The notes under the pieces were generated by a model. That model searched no databases. It was not told the origin of the DNA and saw only the letters and a program-made list of their open reading frames with translations. 64,000 nt of DNA from an uncultured Eubacteriales bacterium. Its GTDB lineage: Bacteria > Bacillota > Clostridia > Oscillospirales > Oscillospiraceae. The stretch covers positions 1,741 to 65,740 of the forward strand of contig CABSBF010000005.1 in the NCBI GenBank assembly GCA_902475855.1, given 5' to 3'. The position numbers and the translations under genes are program-made. Each line of letters opens with the position of its first letter. Position 1 is the first letter of the stretch. This document shows, in pieces, positions 1 through 9,202 of this stretch.

Positions 1-3000
1 AAAATGGCAATCACCTTCCGCAAGACCTCCGAGGATACTGCGGCCATGAAGCTCGGCCTCATCTTCGCGGACGACACCGAGAAGATCGTCAAGCTGGACA
101 TCGCGAATTCCGAGAAGAAGTCTGCGGACTGGGTCACCTCCACGGTCGATCTGTCCGCCTATGCCGGCAAGAAGGTCGCGGCCTTTGGTCTGGTCTTTGA
201 GGGCGAGGCGCAGAGCTATCAGATGAACATCGGCCAGCTCCGCTTCACCTCCGGCGCGGACGTTGTGCCCGAGGCACCTACCGGCTTTAAGGTCGTCAAG
301 GCTTTTGAGGACGGCGAAATGACCGTTTCCTGGAACATGGAATCCTATGACAAGGTCAAGCAGTACAACCTCTATGCCCTTGTCGGCGGCCACGAGCTGT
401 TCCTCGGCGGCATCTATGACGAAAACTACTACATCAAGAATGTGAAGGACGCCATCGCAGATGCGGCGGCCGACTACATTGAGTCCGTCACCGTCTCTCC
501 GAAGGAGAGCAATGCGACCGCAGGCGACACGCTTGATTTCAGCGCTCTTGTGAACGGCTATCACGAGGATGCCGGCCAGGTCACGCTTGTCATCAAGGCT
601 GTTTCCGCCGACGGCACCGAGAGCGAAGGCACTCTGACCACCTACAACTACGGCGAGGCCGTGAAAAACGTCACCGTGGACAACTCCACCGACGGACAGC
701 TCGTCCTGACGTGGGAGGGCGGCGAGGCCGACGTCACCGTTACTACCGACTATGAAAAGGAGACCCGCAAGTGGACCGCCTCCGGCACGAACGGCTGCAC
801 TGTGACCGTTCCGACCGGCAAGGACGCCGACGGCGCATATGTCACCGTCCGCATCACCAGAAACGGTGTGACCACTGCTGTGGACACCCGCCTTCCCGAC
901 AAGTACTGTGCGCCCTATGACGGCAGGATTTACCCGTCTGACAAGCGCCTTACCCAGCCCATGAGCAGCGACTGGCACATCATCCGCTATCAGACCGTCA
1001 CGGACGGAAACCGCGGCGATACCGTTGAAGTCACCCGCGGCGTCGGCCGGGGTGTGACGAACGACCACGCGGTCTTTACCCCCATCAGCGGCACAGCCGA
1101 CGGTGTGTATGTCTGGCTGGAGGACTATGCAGGAAATCTTTCCGAGGAAGTCTATGTTCCCGGAGCGCTTTCCGTCACCGTGATCGCTGAGCAGAACAGC
1201 GTTCAGGCGGGCACTACCCTGCAGTTTTCCGTCACCGTGCGGAATTACACCAAGACCGACGAGGTCATCTGGAGCATCAGCGGAAACGGCTCTGCCGAGA
1301 CGAAGATTGACGAAAACGGCCTGCTGACCGTTGCCGAGGCGGAGAGCGCTTCCAGAATTGCCGTTACGGCCAGCTCCAAGGAAGAGCCGGCCGCCAGCAG
1401 CAGCGTGAACATTACTGTTCTCCCGGCCTATGCAATCTACCCGAACTCCGGCAATGTCTACCAGGGAGAGACTCAGCAGTTCTACGTCCAGCATAAGGGC
1501 GAGAATCTGGAGCCGGCCAAGTACAACTGGAAGGTTGAACCGTGGTATACCTGGAGCGGCCTGAGCGCGGGTACGACCATTGATGAAAACGGCCTGCTCA
1601 CAGTGTCCTCTGATGAATCCACCTATGGCCTGCGGATCACGGCAACCAGCAAGGAAGACCCCAACGTCTCCTATACCAGCGGCAGATTCCGCCCGCAGAT
1701 TGCGCTGAGCATCTCCTCCGGCGCAAGCACCATCAACGCAGGCAAGACCATGCAGTTTACCGCCGCCTATAAGGGTGAGGCGGCCGGTGCGGATGTCATT
1801 GCCTGGAGCGTGACCGGCGCTGCGGCAGAGGGTACGAAGATCGACGAAAACGGTCTGCTGACGGTCAGCGAGGCAGAGACCTCCACCACAATCACCGTCA
1901 CCGCTACCTCCCGCACGAACAGCAACCTGACCGCAAGCAAGACGCTCAGTGTTGAAATCCCGGTCAATATCGAGGGCTGTGTCTCCGTCGGTGCGACCAT
2001 CCTCGGCGCCTCCGGCAACGGCAACTACAACGAGGAAAAGGAAAAGGCGCTCGACGGCAAGGAGGAAACCAAGTGGTGCACCAACGGCAAGACCGGCTGG
2101 CTGGCCATTGACCTCGGCAAGAGCTACACCATTAACCGCTGGAGAACCGTCCACGGCGAAAAGGGCGACAAGGAATCCGGCTTCAACACCAAGATCTTCG
2201 CGCTTGAAGTTCTGAAGAATCCGAACGCCTCCGCTTCCGACCTCGCAAACGCTTCCTACCTTGGCAATAAGGACAACTGGACGGAGGCCGAGCTGGTCGA
2301 TAACGGTACGGACGCGCTCATGGTGGTCGATCATACACTGGCGACTCCGGTCACCGGACGGTACTTCCGCCTGCGCATAGACGATTCCTGCATCAACCAG
2401 TGGACGGCGGTGCGCATCCATGAATTCCAGCTTTACGGAGAGGAAGCCGCAGCGGGCGCCAGCCTGCCCATGCCCGCGCCCGTCCCCGTGGATACCGATC
2501 CCATCCAGAAGGTTCTCTGGACGGTTGAGGGTGCAAAGAGCGCCGATACCAAGATCGACGGGAACGGCAAGCTGACCATCGGCATCGACGAGCCGGAAGG
2601 CGTTCTCACCGTCAAGGCGGTCTCCGCACTGGATGAGACGAAATTCGACACCGCGATTGTCAATGTCACCGCTAAGGCCAAGTACACCGTGACCGTCATC
2701 GCAGGCAAGGGCGGCAAGGTCGAGCCCGGCACCGGCGAATACTATGAGGGCGCCGAGGTCGAGTACACCTTCACTCCCGATAAGGGCTACGAACTGGACA
2801 AGGTTCTCCTGAACGGGCAGGAAGTCGAAGTCAAGGACAACAAGGGCACGCTCACCGTACTGAAAGACACCAAGCTCGAGGCCAGCTTCAAGCAGATCAT
2901 GCACACCGTGACGGTTGAGGCAGGCAAGGGCGGCAAGGTCGAGCCCGGTACCGGCGAATATGCCGAGGGCAGCGAGGTTACCTTCACTGTGAAGGCAGAC

Positions 3001-3237
3001 AAGGGCTATGAGGCTGATAAGGTCACCGTCAACGGCAAGGAAGTCTCCCTGAAGGACGGCAAGTTCACCGTTATTATTGAGGGCAAGACCGATGTCAAGG
3101 TCACCTTCAAGGCAGTCAAGAACCCCACCACCGGCGACAGCTTCAATCCGATGTATACCGTTCTGCTGACCGCTTCCGCGCTGGCAGCGCTTGCCGCAGG
3201 CGCCTTCCTATTCCTGCGTAAAAAGAATCACAACTAA
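1..3237 (+). CDS. Cell-wall-anchored multidomain glycoside hydrolase, 5'-partial; probably the C-terminal region of a GH85 endo-beta-N-acetylglucosaminidase (FN3-like, Ig-like repeats, F5/8 type C/CBM32-like, two tandem beta repeats, NPTTG sorting signal)
   Basis: Frame is open to the window edge. The N-terminal segment (VDLSAYAGKKV...LGGIYDENYYIK) resembles post-catalytic domains of Endo-A/EndoD-type enzymes. Also repeated TKIDENGLLTV Ig motifs, a discoidin motif ALDGKEETKWC...WLAIDLG...RYFRL...IHEFQLYG, and NPTTG + hydrophobic helix + RKK tail. The catalytic domain is outside the window. Confidence 0.6.
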   Translation, partial: KMAITFRKTSEDTAAMKLGLIFADDTEKIVKLDIANSEKKSADWVTSTVDLSAYAGKKVAAFGLVFEGEAQSYQMNIGQLRFTSGADVVPEAPTGFKVVKAFEDGEMTVSWNMESYDKVKQYNLYALVGGHELFLGGIYDENYYIKNVKDAIADAAADYIESVTVSPKESNATAGDTLDFSALVNGYHEDAGQVTLVIKAVSADGTESEGTLTTYNYGEAVKNVTVDNSTDGQLVLTWEGGEADVTVTTDYEKETRKWTASGTNGCTVTVPTGKDADGAYVTVRITRNGVTTAVDTRLPDKYCAPYDGRIYPSDKRLTQPMSSDWHIIRYQTVTDGNRGDTVEVTRGVGRGVTNDHAVFTPISGTADGVYVWLEDYAGNLSEEVYVPGALSVTVIAEQNSVQAGTTLQFSVTVRNYTKTDEVIWSISGNGSAETKIDENGLLTVAEAESASRIAVTASSKEEPAASSSVNITVLPAYAIYPNSGNVYQGETQQFYVQHKGENLEPAKYNWKVEPWYTWSGLSAGTTIDENGLLTVSSDESTYGLRITATSKEDPNVSYTSGRFRPQIALSISSGASTINAGKTMQFTAAYKGEAAGADVIAWSVTGAAAEGTKIDENGLLTVSEAETSTTITVTATSRTNSNLTASKTLSVEIPVNIEGCVSVGATILGASGNGNYNEEKEKALDGKEETKWCTNGKTGWLAIDLGKSYTINRWRTVHGEKGDKESGFNTKIFALEVLKNPNASASDLANASYLGNKDNWTEAELVDNGTDALMVVDHTLATPVTGRYFRLRIDDSCINQWTAVRIHEFQLYGEEAAAGASLPMPAPVPVDTDPIQKVLWTVEGAKSADTKIDGNGKLTIGIDEPEGVLTVKAVSALDETKFDTAIVNVTAKAKYTVTVIAGKGGKVEPGTGEYYEGAEVEYTFTPDKGYELDKVLLNGQEVEVKDNKGTLTVLKDTKLEASFKQIMHTVTVEAGKGGKVEPGTGEYAEGSEVTFTVKADKGYEADKVTVNGKEVSLKDGKFTVIIEGKTDVKVTFKAVKNPTTGDSFNPMYTVLLTASALAALAAGAFLFLRKKNHN
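2701..2961 (+). repeat. Intragenic tandem duplication: two copies of a ~73-aa beta-rich repeat
   Basis: GCAGGCAAGGGCGGCAAGGTCGAGCCCGGYACCGGCGAATA at 2701 and 2920, encoding AGKGGKVEPGTGEY twice. Confidence 0.85.
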
Positions 3238-3341
3238 ATTTTCCTTCCTTTCCCATCCCCAGCGTCCGGGGCCGGCTTTCGCCGGCCCCCTTCGGCAGAA
3301 CGGAAAAAACGTTTTTCCGCTGTGCCGAGGAAAAATATAGG

Positions 3342-3369
3342 TAGACAGCGCGGGGAAATGCGGTATAAT
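3342..3369 (+). promoter_or_regulatory. Sigma-A-type promoter of the two-component operon
   Basis: TAGACA-N16-TATAAT. Confidence 0.55.
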
Positions 3370-3426
3370 GAATAGAAGCAACTACTGCATGACTTGCTGC
3401 CGAGACCGGCGGAACGGAGTGGCACT

Positions 3427-5184
3427 ATGAAAAAGCTCAAGCTGTTCAGCTTTCTGTCCCTGCGCACCTACCGGAGAACGTTTATCACCTATATTGCAAT
3501 CACGCTGGTTTTGATCGTGGGCGTGACGCTTGTGCTTCTGAACAGTGCGCTGCGCACCGGTCTGTCCGGCTTCTCCGCCACTGCCGACAGCACCTATACC
3601 AGCATCAGCATGAAATATGACGGCGTGGCCAACAGCATTGACCGCCTGTTCTACCGGATCTATTCCAACCCCTCGCTGGAGGAGGACTTTTATCAGTTCT
3701 TCGGCTCCGAGCCTGCGGAATATGTCCAGTCGCTGCTCGGACGCATCGGAACCGGCTATGAGAATTACCCCAATGCCGCGCATACCACCGTCATGGAGAG
3801 CGACCGCTGCATCCGCAACATCCTCTACGATGCCAACGACAAAATTTATAATATGGAGTACAACGCCTACGGCTACTCCCGCTTTACGCCCATTACGCGC
3901 GAGGACATGCCTTTGCTCTGTTTCGGACGGCTTGCCATCAAAAGAAGCATTGCAAGCCCGAAGGGCGGCTCAATCGGCGATATTACGTTTTTGATCGACC
4001 TTTCGGATTATCTCTCGCAGAGTTTCGGCTCGGAAACCGGAGAGGCCGTCGCTCTTGTAATCGGTGACAGCGTACACAGCGCGGGTGCGCTGACTCTTTC
4101 GGATGAAGAATGGCTTATGATTGCCGGGCGTGAGCAGCAGTGCGGCACGGTACACCTGCCCGGCCTTGGTTCGCTGTTCTTTTCTGTTCATACCTCGCCT
4201 GAAGGCTTCAGTGTCGTCAGCGCCGCGCCGCGGCTGCCGTATCTGAAGACTTCGCTTTATACCATGCTGGCGATCATCCTGTTTGTGATCGTGGCCTTTT
4301 TGTATATCACCGTTCTTTACAGCCGTCAGTTCTCGCAGGATGCGGGCTTCCTGCATGAGCTGCTCAATAGCATGACCCAGGCACAGTCGAGTAATTTCGT
4401 GCCGGTCGGGCAGACCGGCCGCTCTGATGAGTACGGCCAGATTGCCGAACACCTGAATGACCTTTACACACAGCTTCAGATTCTGATCCAGCAGAAGTAT
4501 GTTCTGACGATCAACCAGCAGCGCACGGAGATGCAGATGCTCAGTTCCCAGCTCAATCCGCATTTTCTCTACAACACCCTTGAGCTCATCCGCCTGCGTG
4601 CACTTCGGGAGGGTGCGCCCTCGGCCGCCGAAGCGACGGCGAACCTTGGCCAGCTCTATCGGAATATCGTCAAAACCGAGCCGACCATTTCCATGCAGAA
4701 AGAACTGGACATCACGGAGCAGTATCTGGAGCTCATGGCGTTCCTCAACGGCGACGAGCTGATTTACCACATTGACGCGGACGACGAGGTCAAGTCAATG
4801 CAAACACCGAAAATCTGGATCCAGCCGCTGCTGGAGAACTTTTTCAAGCACAACTTTACCAGTGAGGGCGGTTTCAAGGTGATCGTCATCACCGCGCGCA
4901 AGGTGCAGGAGGGATGCCTGTTTGAATTGTTTGACAATCTCGGACGCGTCGAAAAGGATAAGCTGGCGCAGATCAATGCCGCGCTGACGCCCGAGGCCAT
5001 TCGCGACTATACCCAGCTTCCCGGCAAGGGCATCGGGCTGCAAAACGTCTATCAGCGCCTGTGTCTGTTCTACGCGGGCCGCGTGCGGATGCAGCTGCAA
5101 AACAACCAGCCCTCCGGCGTGCGGATTCGAATTATGATAGAAAATGAAGGAGAGAGTGGAAATGTATCGACTGCTGATTGTTGA
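3427..5184 (+). CDS. YesM/LytS-like sensor histidine kinase
   Basis: Two TM segments, HAMP-like linker, SQLNPHFLYNTLE H-box, IQPLLENFFKH, GIGLQNV. Confidence 0.92.
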   Translation: MKKLKLFSFLSLRTYRRTFITYIAITLVLIVGVTLVLLNSALRTGLSGFSATADSTYTSISMKYDGVANSIDRLFYRIYSNPSLEEDFYQFFGSEPAEYVQSLLGRIGTGYENYPNAAHTTVMESDRCIRNILYDANDKIYNMEYNAYGYSRFTPITREDMPLLCFGRLAIKRSIASPKGGSIGDITFLIDLSDYLSQSFGSETGEAVALVIGDSVHSAGALTLSDEEWLMIAGREQQCGTVHLPGLGSLFFSVHTSPEGFSVVSAAPRLPYLKTSLYTMLAIILFVIVAFLYITVLYSRQFSQDAGFLHELLNSMTQAQSSNFVPVGQTGRSDEYGQIAEHLNDLYTQLQILIQQKYVLTINQQRTEMQMLSSQLNPHFLYNTLELIRLRALREGAPSAAEATANLGQLYRNIVKTEPTISMQKELDITEQYLELMAFLNGDELIYHIDADDEVKSMQTPKIWIQPLLENFFKHNFTSEGGFKVIVITARKVQEGCLFELFDNLGRVEKDKLAQINAALTPEAIRDYTQLPGKGIGLQNVYQRLCLFYAGRVRMQLQNNQPSGVRIRIMIENEGESGNVSTADC

Positions 5185-5962
5185 CGATGAACGCGATATC
5201 TGCGAGAATCTGAAGCTGCTGGTCGATTGGAAAAAATTCAAGATCTCTGCGGTTTACACCGCCAGTTCCTTTGAGGCCGCGGCGGATGTTGCGCTGGATT
5301 TTAAGCCGCACATCGCGCTGGTGGATGTCAACCTCGGCGGCGGACATTACGGCTACGAGCTGATCAACCGTCTGCGCGAAATGGGACTGAAAACGGTGTT
5401 CTGCATGATTTCCGGCTATGACGATTTTATTCACGTGCAGCGCTCGATGAAGGCAGGGGCGAAGGATTACCTTCTCAAGCCCATCAGCGTTCGGGATCTT
5501 GAAGCCTTTCTGACCAATGCCATTATCAAGGACCTGGGCGGCACATTGCAGGAGCGTGCGCCGGTTCAGGAACAGATCGACCCGGTTGCCAACCGGCCGT
5601 ATCATGATTTTTCCAACATAACCAATAAGATTATTCTGATCATCCGCAACGATTGCAGCGTAAACCTTTCGCTGGTCTCCGTTGCAAATATGTTCAATAT
5701 GAGCAGTAAGTATATCGGCCGTGTCTTTCTCAAGGATACGGGACTGAAATTCACCGAGTATCTGATGGCGTATCGGATGCTCATGGCAAAACATCTGCTT
5801 GAGACGACGAACGAGCGCATCTCTGACATTGTCGAGCGGGTTGGTTATTCCCAGCCGAACAATTTTTATGTGCATTTCAGCAAAATGTTCGACATCTCGC
5901 CCAATGCTCTGCGTGCAAAAGTGCTCGAAGAGCAGGAGCACCAAGCGGGGAAGCAGGCATGA
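5162..5962 (+). CDS. YesN-like response regulator (receiver + AraC HTH)
   Basis: LLIVDDE, ISGYDDF, DYLLKP, C-terminal AraC motif VGYSQPNNFYVHFSK; overlaps the kinase stop. Confidence 0.93.
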   Translation: MYRLLIVDDERDICENLKLLVDWKKFKISAVYTASSFEAAADVALDFKPHIALVDVNLGGGHYGYELINRLREMGLKTVFCMISGYDDFIHVQRSMKAGAKDYLLKPISVRDLEAFLTNAIIKDLGGTLQERAPVQEQIDPVANRPYHDFSNITNKIILIIRNDCSVNLSLVSVANMFNMSSKYIGRVFLKDTGLKFTEYLMAYRMLMAKHLLETTNERISDIVERVGYSQPNNFYVHFSKMFDISPNALRAKVLEEQEHQAGKQA

Positions 5963-7410
5963 AGCGTTTTGTTGCCGCCGCCCTTCTGCTTGCGCTGCTG
6001 CTGACGGGCTGCGCATACCCCGGGCAGGATGACAGCCAGATCGTCACGCTGACTTACTATACGATAGGCGAGGCGGACCGCGACCTCAAGCTGGTCAACG
6101 AGGCATTGAATGACCTGCTGCTGAAGCGCTACGGCTTCCGTGTGGATTACCGCAAGATCGGCTGGAATGAGTATGTTTCCCGCCTTTCTGCAATGGTCAA
6201 TACCAACCAGAGCTTTGATGTTGCCTTCACCTTTACGGATAACTACCAGGATATTGCAGAGCAGGGGAAGTGGCTTGATCTCACACCCTATCTGGAAACG
6301 ACCGGCAGAGAGATGTACCGCACGATCGACAGCAGGTTCTGGAAGGGTGTCACCGTGGGCGGCGCTGTTTACGGCGTGCCGACCAATAAGGAACTGGGCA
6401 CGCCCATGCAGTTTCTCTTCGACAAGCGTATGGTGGAAAAATACAGCATTGACATCTCACAGTACACGACACTGGAATCGCTGGAGCCGCTCCTGCGGAT
6501 GATTTCCGAAAGAGAGCCGGAGTATATTCCGTTTTTCCTGGATGCCACGTGGTATAATTTCATGCTGTACCTGGGCTATGAGTATGCGTCCCATGAGAAG
6601 ATACCACTCGTCATCCGTTCGGGAGACCCCACCTGCCGGGTGCTCAATCCCTATGAACTGCCGGATGTTCTGCAAGCGCTGCGGCTGATGCACCGCTATT
6701 ACTCTCTTGGCTACATCAATCAGGACGCCTGCATCCGCACGGAGCTTTCCCGCTTTGAGGGGGAAAAGGTCTTTCTGCGCCTTTCCAGCGGCGGGCCGGA
6801 TACCGATGCCAGCTATACGGCGACCTTTGGCTATCCCATTGTAGTGCAGCAGATCTCCGAGAGTGTTGCCACGACCGACTCCACGCGCGGCGGTATCATG
6901 GCCGTCAACGCGCAGACAGAGCATCCGGAGGAGTGCGTGAAGTTTTTGAATGCGGTCAACACGGATACGGAGGTGCGCAATCTTCTGAACTTTGGCATTC
7001 AGGACGTGCATTATACGCTTACCGATGACGGACAGGTCCGCGGGATCTCCGAGGGATACACAGGCGTCGCCTATACGCAGGGCAACTGGTTTATTCTTTA
7101 CACGCGCGAGGATGAGAAGCCGGACCGCTGGGAAAGCTTCCGGGAATTCAACGACGCAACGTGCGCATCCGAACTGCTGGGCTTTGTGCCGGATTATTCC
7201 GACCGAATGCTTCAGGTCGATAAAATCTCCAGAATTTACGAGCAGTATTACTTCGCACTTTTCACCGGAACGGTGTCGCCTGACGACAACATCGAGCGGA
7301 TGAATGAGGAGCTTGCCAAGGCCGGACTTTACGAGCTTCAGATGACGCTGCAAGAGCAGATCGACGATTGGCGCGAGTCCGAGCGGCGCAATCCGACGGT
7401 GCTTCCCTAG
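5959..7410 (+). CDS. Carbohydrate solute-binding lipoprotein (family 1, DUF3502-type C-terminus), co-transcribed with the TCS
   Basis: Lipobox LLTGC, YGVPTNKE, EHPEECVKFLN, C-terminal LLGF...QEQIDDW; ATGA overlap with the regulator. Confidence 0.85.
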   Translation: MKRFVAAALLLALLLTGCAYPGQDDSQIVTLTYYTIGEADRDLKLVNEALNDLLLKRYGFRVDYRKIGWNEYVSRLSAMVNTNQSFDVAFTFTDNYQDIAEQGKWLDLTPYLETTGREMYRTIDSRFWKGVTVGGAVYGVPTNKELGTPMQFLFDKRMVEKYSIDISQYTTLESLEPLLRMISEREPEYIPFFLDATWYNFMLYLGYEYASHEKIPLVIRSGDPTCRVLNPYELPDVLQALRLMHRYYSLGYINQDACIRTELSRFEGEKVFLRLSSGGPDTDASYTATFGYPIVVQQISESVATTDSTRGGIMAVNAQTEHPEECVKFLNAVNTDTEVRNLLNFGIQDVHYTLTDDGQVRGISEGYTGVAYTQGNWFILYTREDEKPDRWESFREFNDATCASELLGFVPDYSDRMLQVDKISRIYEQYYFALFTGTVSPDDNIERMNEELAKAGLYELQMTLQEQIDDWRESERRNPTVLP

Positions 7411-7431
7411 GTGTTCGCCGGACAATCAAAT

Positions 7432-7476
7432 AAAAAGCCATCGGCCCCGTTTCTGAACGGAGCCGATGGCTTTTTC
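7432..7476. terminator. Bidirectional intrinsic terminator
   Basis: AAAAAGCCATCGGC...GCCGATGGCTTTTTT between convergent genes. Confidence 0.85.
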
Positions 7477-7497
7477 TGTTGAAACGAAGCGGGGCGC

Positions 7498-8883
7498 TCA
7501 GGCTTTTTTGCAGGCTGCCCAGTTCAGACGCTTGTAGCGCAGATAGAAGCCGACTGCACGCACGACCCAGCTCAGCCATTGTGCGATCCAGACACCCATG
7601 AGACCAAGTCCGGCGGGAATGGAAAGAACATAGGCCAGCGCAATGTTCACGACCCACAGCACTGCCAGAGAGAAAACCGAGGGGAAGAGCGTGTCGTTTG
7701 CCGCACGCAGTGAGTTCGGCATGGTGTAAGACAGCGGCCAGAAGATATAGAGCGCGGGGAGACTCAAAAACAGTAGCCGCTTCGCAATAAGCGCAGCCTC
7801 CGGCGTGGGATGGTACTGCCTCAGCAGCAGTGGCATCAGTGGGAAGAAGACCACGGAGGTCAGAACGAGGATCGCAAGGCAGATGTACACGCTTTCCATG
7901 GAATAACGCCGCGCCTGCTGCTGCTCCTCTGCGCCGATGCAGCGGCCGACGAGCGTTACGGCCAGTGTCGCTGCCGAGGTCGCCGCCGCGTACAGAACGC
8001 TCAGCAGCGAGTTTGAGATCGCATTGATCGCTACCGCGCTGGTTCCGAGCTTGACCATAAACATACCGGCGACAATGCTGCCGCAGGTGCTGAAGATCTG
8101 CTCAAGTCCCAGCGGAATGCTGACGTGCAGCGTGGAACGGATGAGACCGCGGTCAAAGCAGAAAAGCTGCTTTGCAGGCAGGGAAATGGGCGGATGGATG
8201 AAAAACAGCAGCGCCACGGCGCACAGCGCACCAAGAACCCGCGCAAGGATCAGTGCATCGACACTCCCGCGAATGTCCAGGCGCAGGACATTCAGGAAAA
8301 TGATGCTGAACACGAGATACGCAGCGTTAATAATAATGCTGAGGATCAGGCATTTTTTCGATTCGCCCAGACCGCGCAGCACGCTGTAGATCGCGGTGTA
8401 GACAATAAAGCCGAGAACCGACCAGGTACTGCCGATGAGGTAGACGGAGGATTTGCGCAGAACCTCGCCCTCTGCGTCGGGGTACAGGGCAAGCAGGACG
8501 GCATCCGGAAAGAGCAGAAGCGGCAGACAGGAAACGATGCCGATGATGACCGTCAGCCAGATGACCTGACTGCACGCTCTGGCGGTGCGGGCCCGGTCGC
8601 CGGTGCCGCAGCATTGCGCGACAATGACCGTGCCGCCGGCGCCAATGCCGTTGAACATACATACAACAAGGTTTGTAACCGGCCCGACCAGCGAAACTGC
8701 TGCGATGGAGCTATCGCCGTTGCTGCTGATGAGGGCAGTGATCAACATTCCCATCAGCATGACAGACAGGCTGTCCAGCATGAAAGGAAAGGTCATTTTC
8801 AAGATTATGCGCCAGGTAAAAACATTGCTTGACAGCCGCCGGGTCAGAAAGGCGTCTGCACGTGAAGGAATGTGGTATTTCAT
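7498..8883 (-). CDS. MATE family transporter
   Basis: About 12 hydrophobic segments, IAAVSLV...GTVIVAQ, VLRGLGES, LRAAND, GLMGVWIA. Confidence 0.88.
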   Translation of the reverse strand: MKYHIPSRADAFLTRRLSSNVFTWRIILKMTFPFMLDSLSVMLMGMLITALISSNGDSSIAAVSLVGPVTNLVVCMFNGIGAGGTVIVAQCCGTGDRARTARACSQVIWLTVIIGIVSCLPLLLFPDAVLLALYPDAEGEVLRKSSVYLIGSTWSVLGFIVYTAIYSVLRGLGESKKCLILSIIINAAYLVFSIIFLNVLRLDIRGSVDALILARVLGALCAVALLFFIHPPISLPAKQLFCFDRGLIRSTLHVSIPLGLEQIFSTCGSIVAGMFMVKLGTSAVAINAISNSLLSVLYAAATSAATLAVTLVGRCIGAEEQQQARRYSMESVYICLAILVLTSVVFFPLMPLLLRQYHPTPEAALIAKRLLFLSLPALYIFWPLSYTMPNSLRAANDTLFPSVFSLAVLWVVNIALAYVLSIPAGLGLMGVWIAQWLSWVVRAVGFYLRYKRLNWAACKKA

Positions 8884-9202
8884 ATGCTTCCCTCCAATTC
8901 AGTTGCAGAGGATAGCACAAGCCGCAAGGCTTGTCAACAGTCAAATCGGTTTGGGTAAAAGATTCGGCAAATATGGATATAAGACTGTGAAATTCTCAGA
9001 AAAACATAGGGTTTGGAGGCATTCCAAGCCGTCAGAATCCGCCGGAGCGCAGGGATCCTGATGGCTGGCGGCACGGCAGAGTGTCAAATCCTATCCACCC
9101 AATAAATTCGGGAGAAAGGAAAACGTGAAAGGGAACCGTAATGGCTCCCTTTCACGTTCAGACTGCCTGCGGGTCGAGCCCGCAGGATTTTCTGTCAGGT
9201 TG

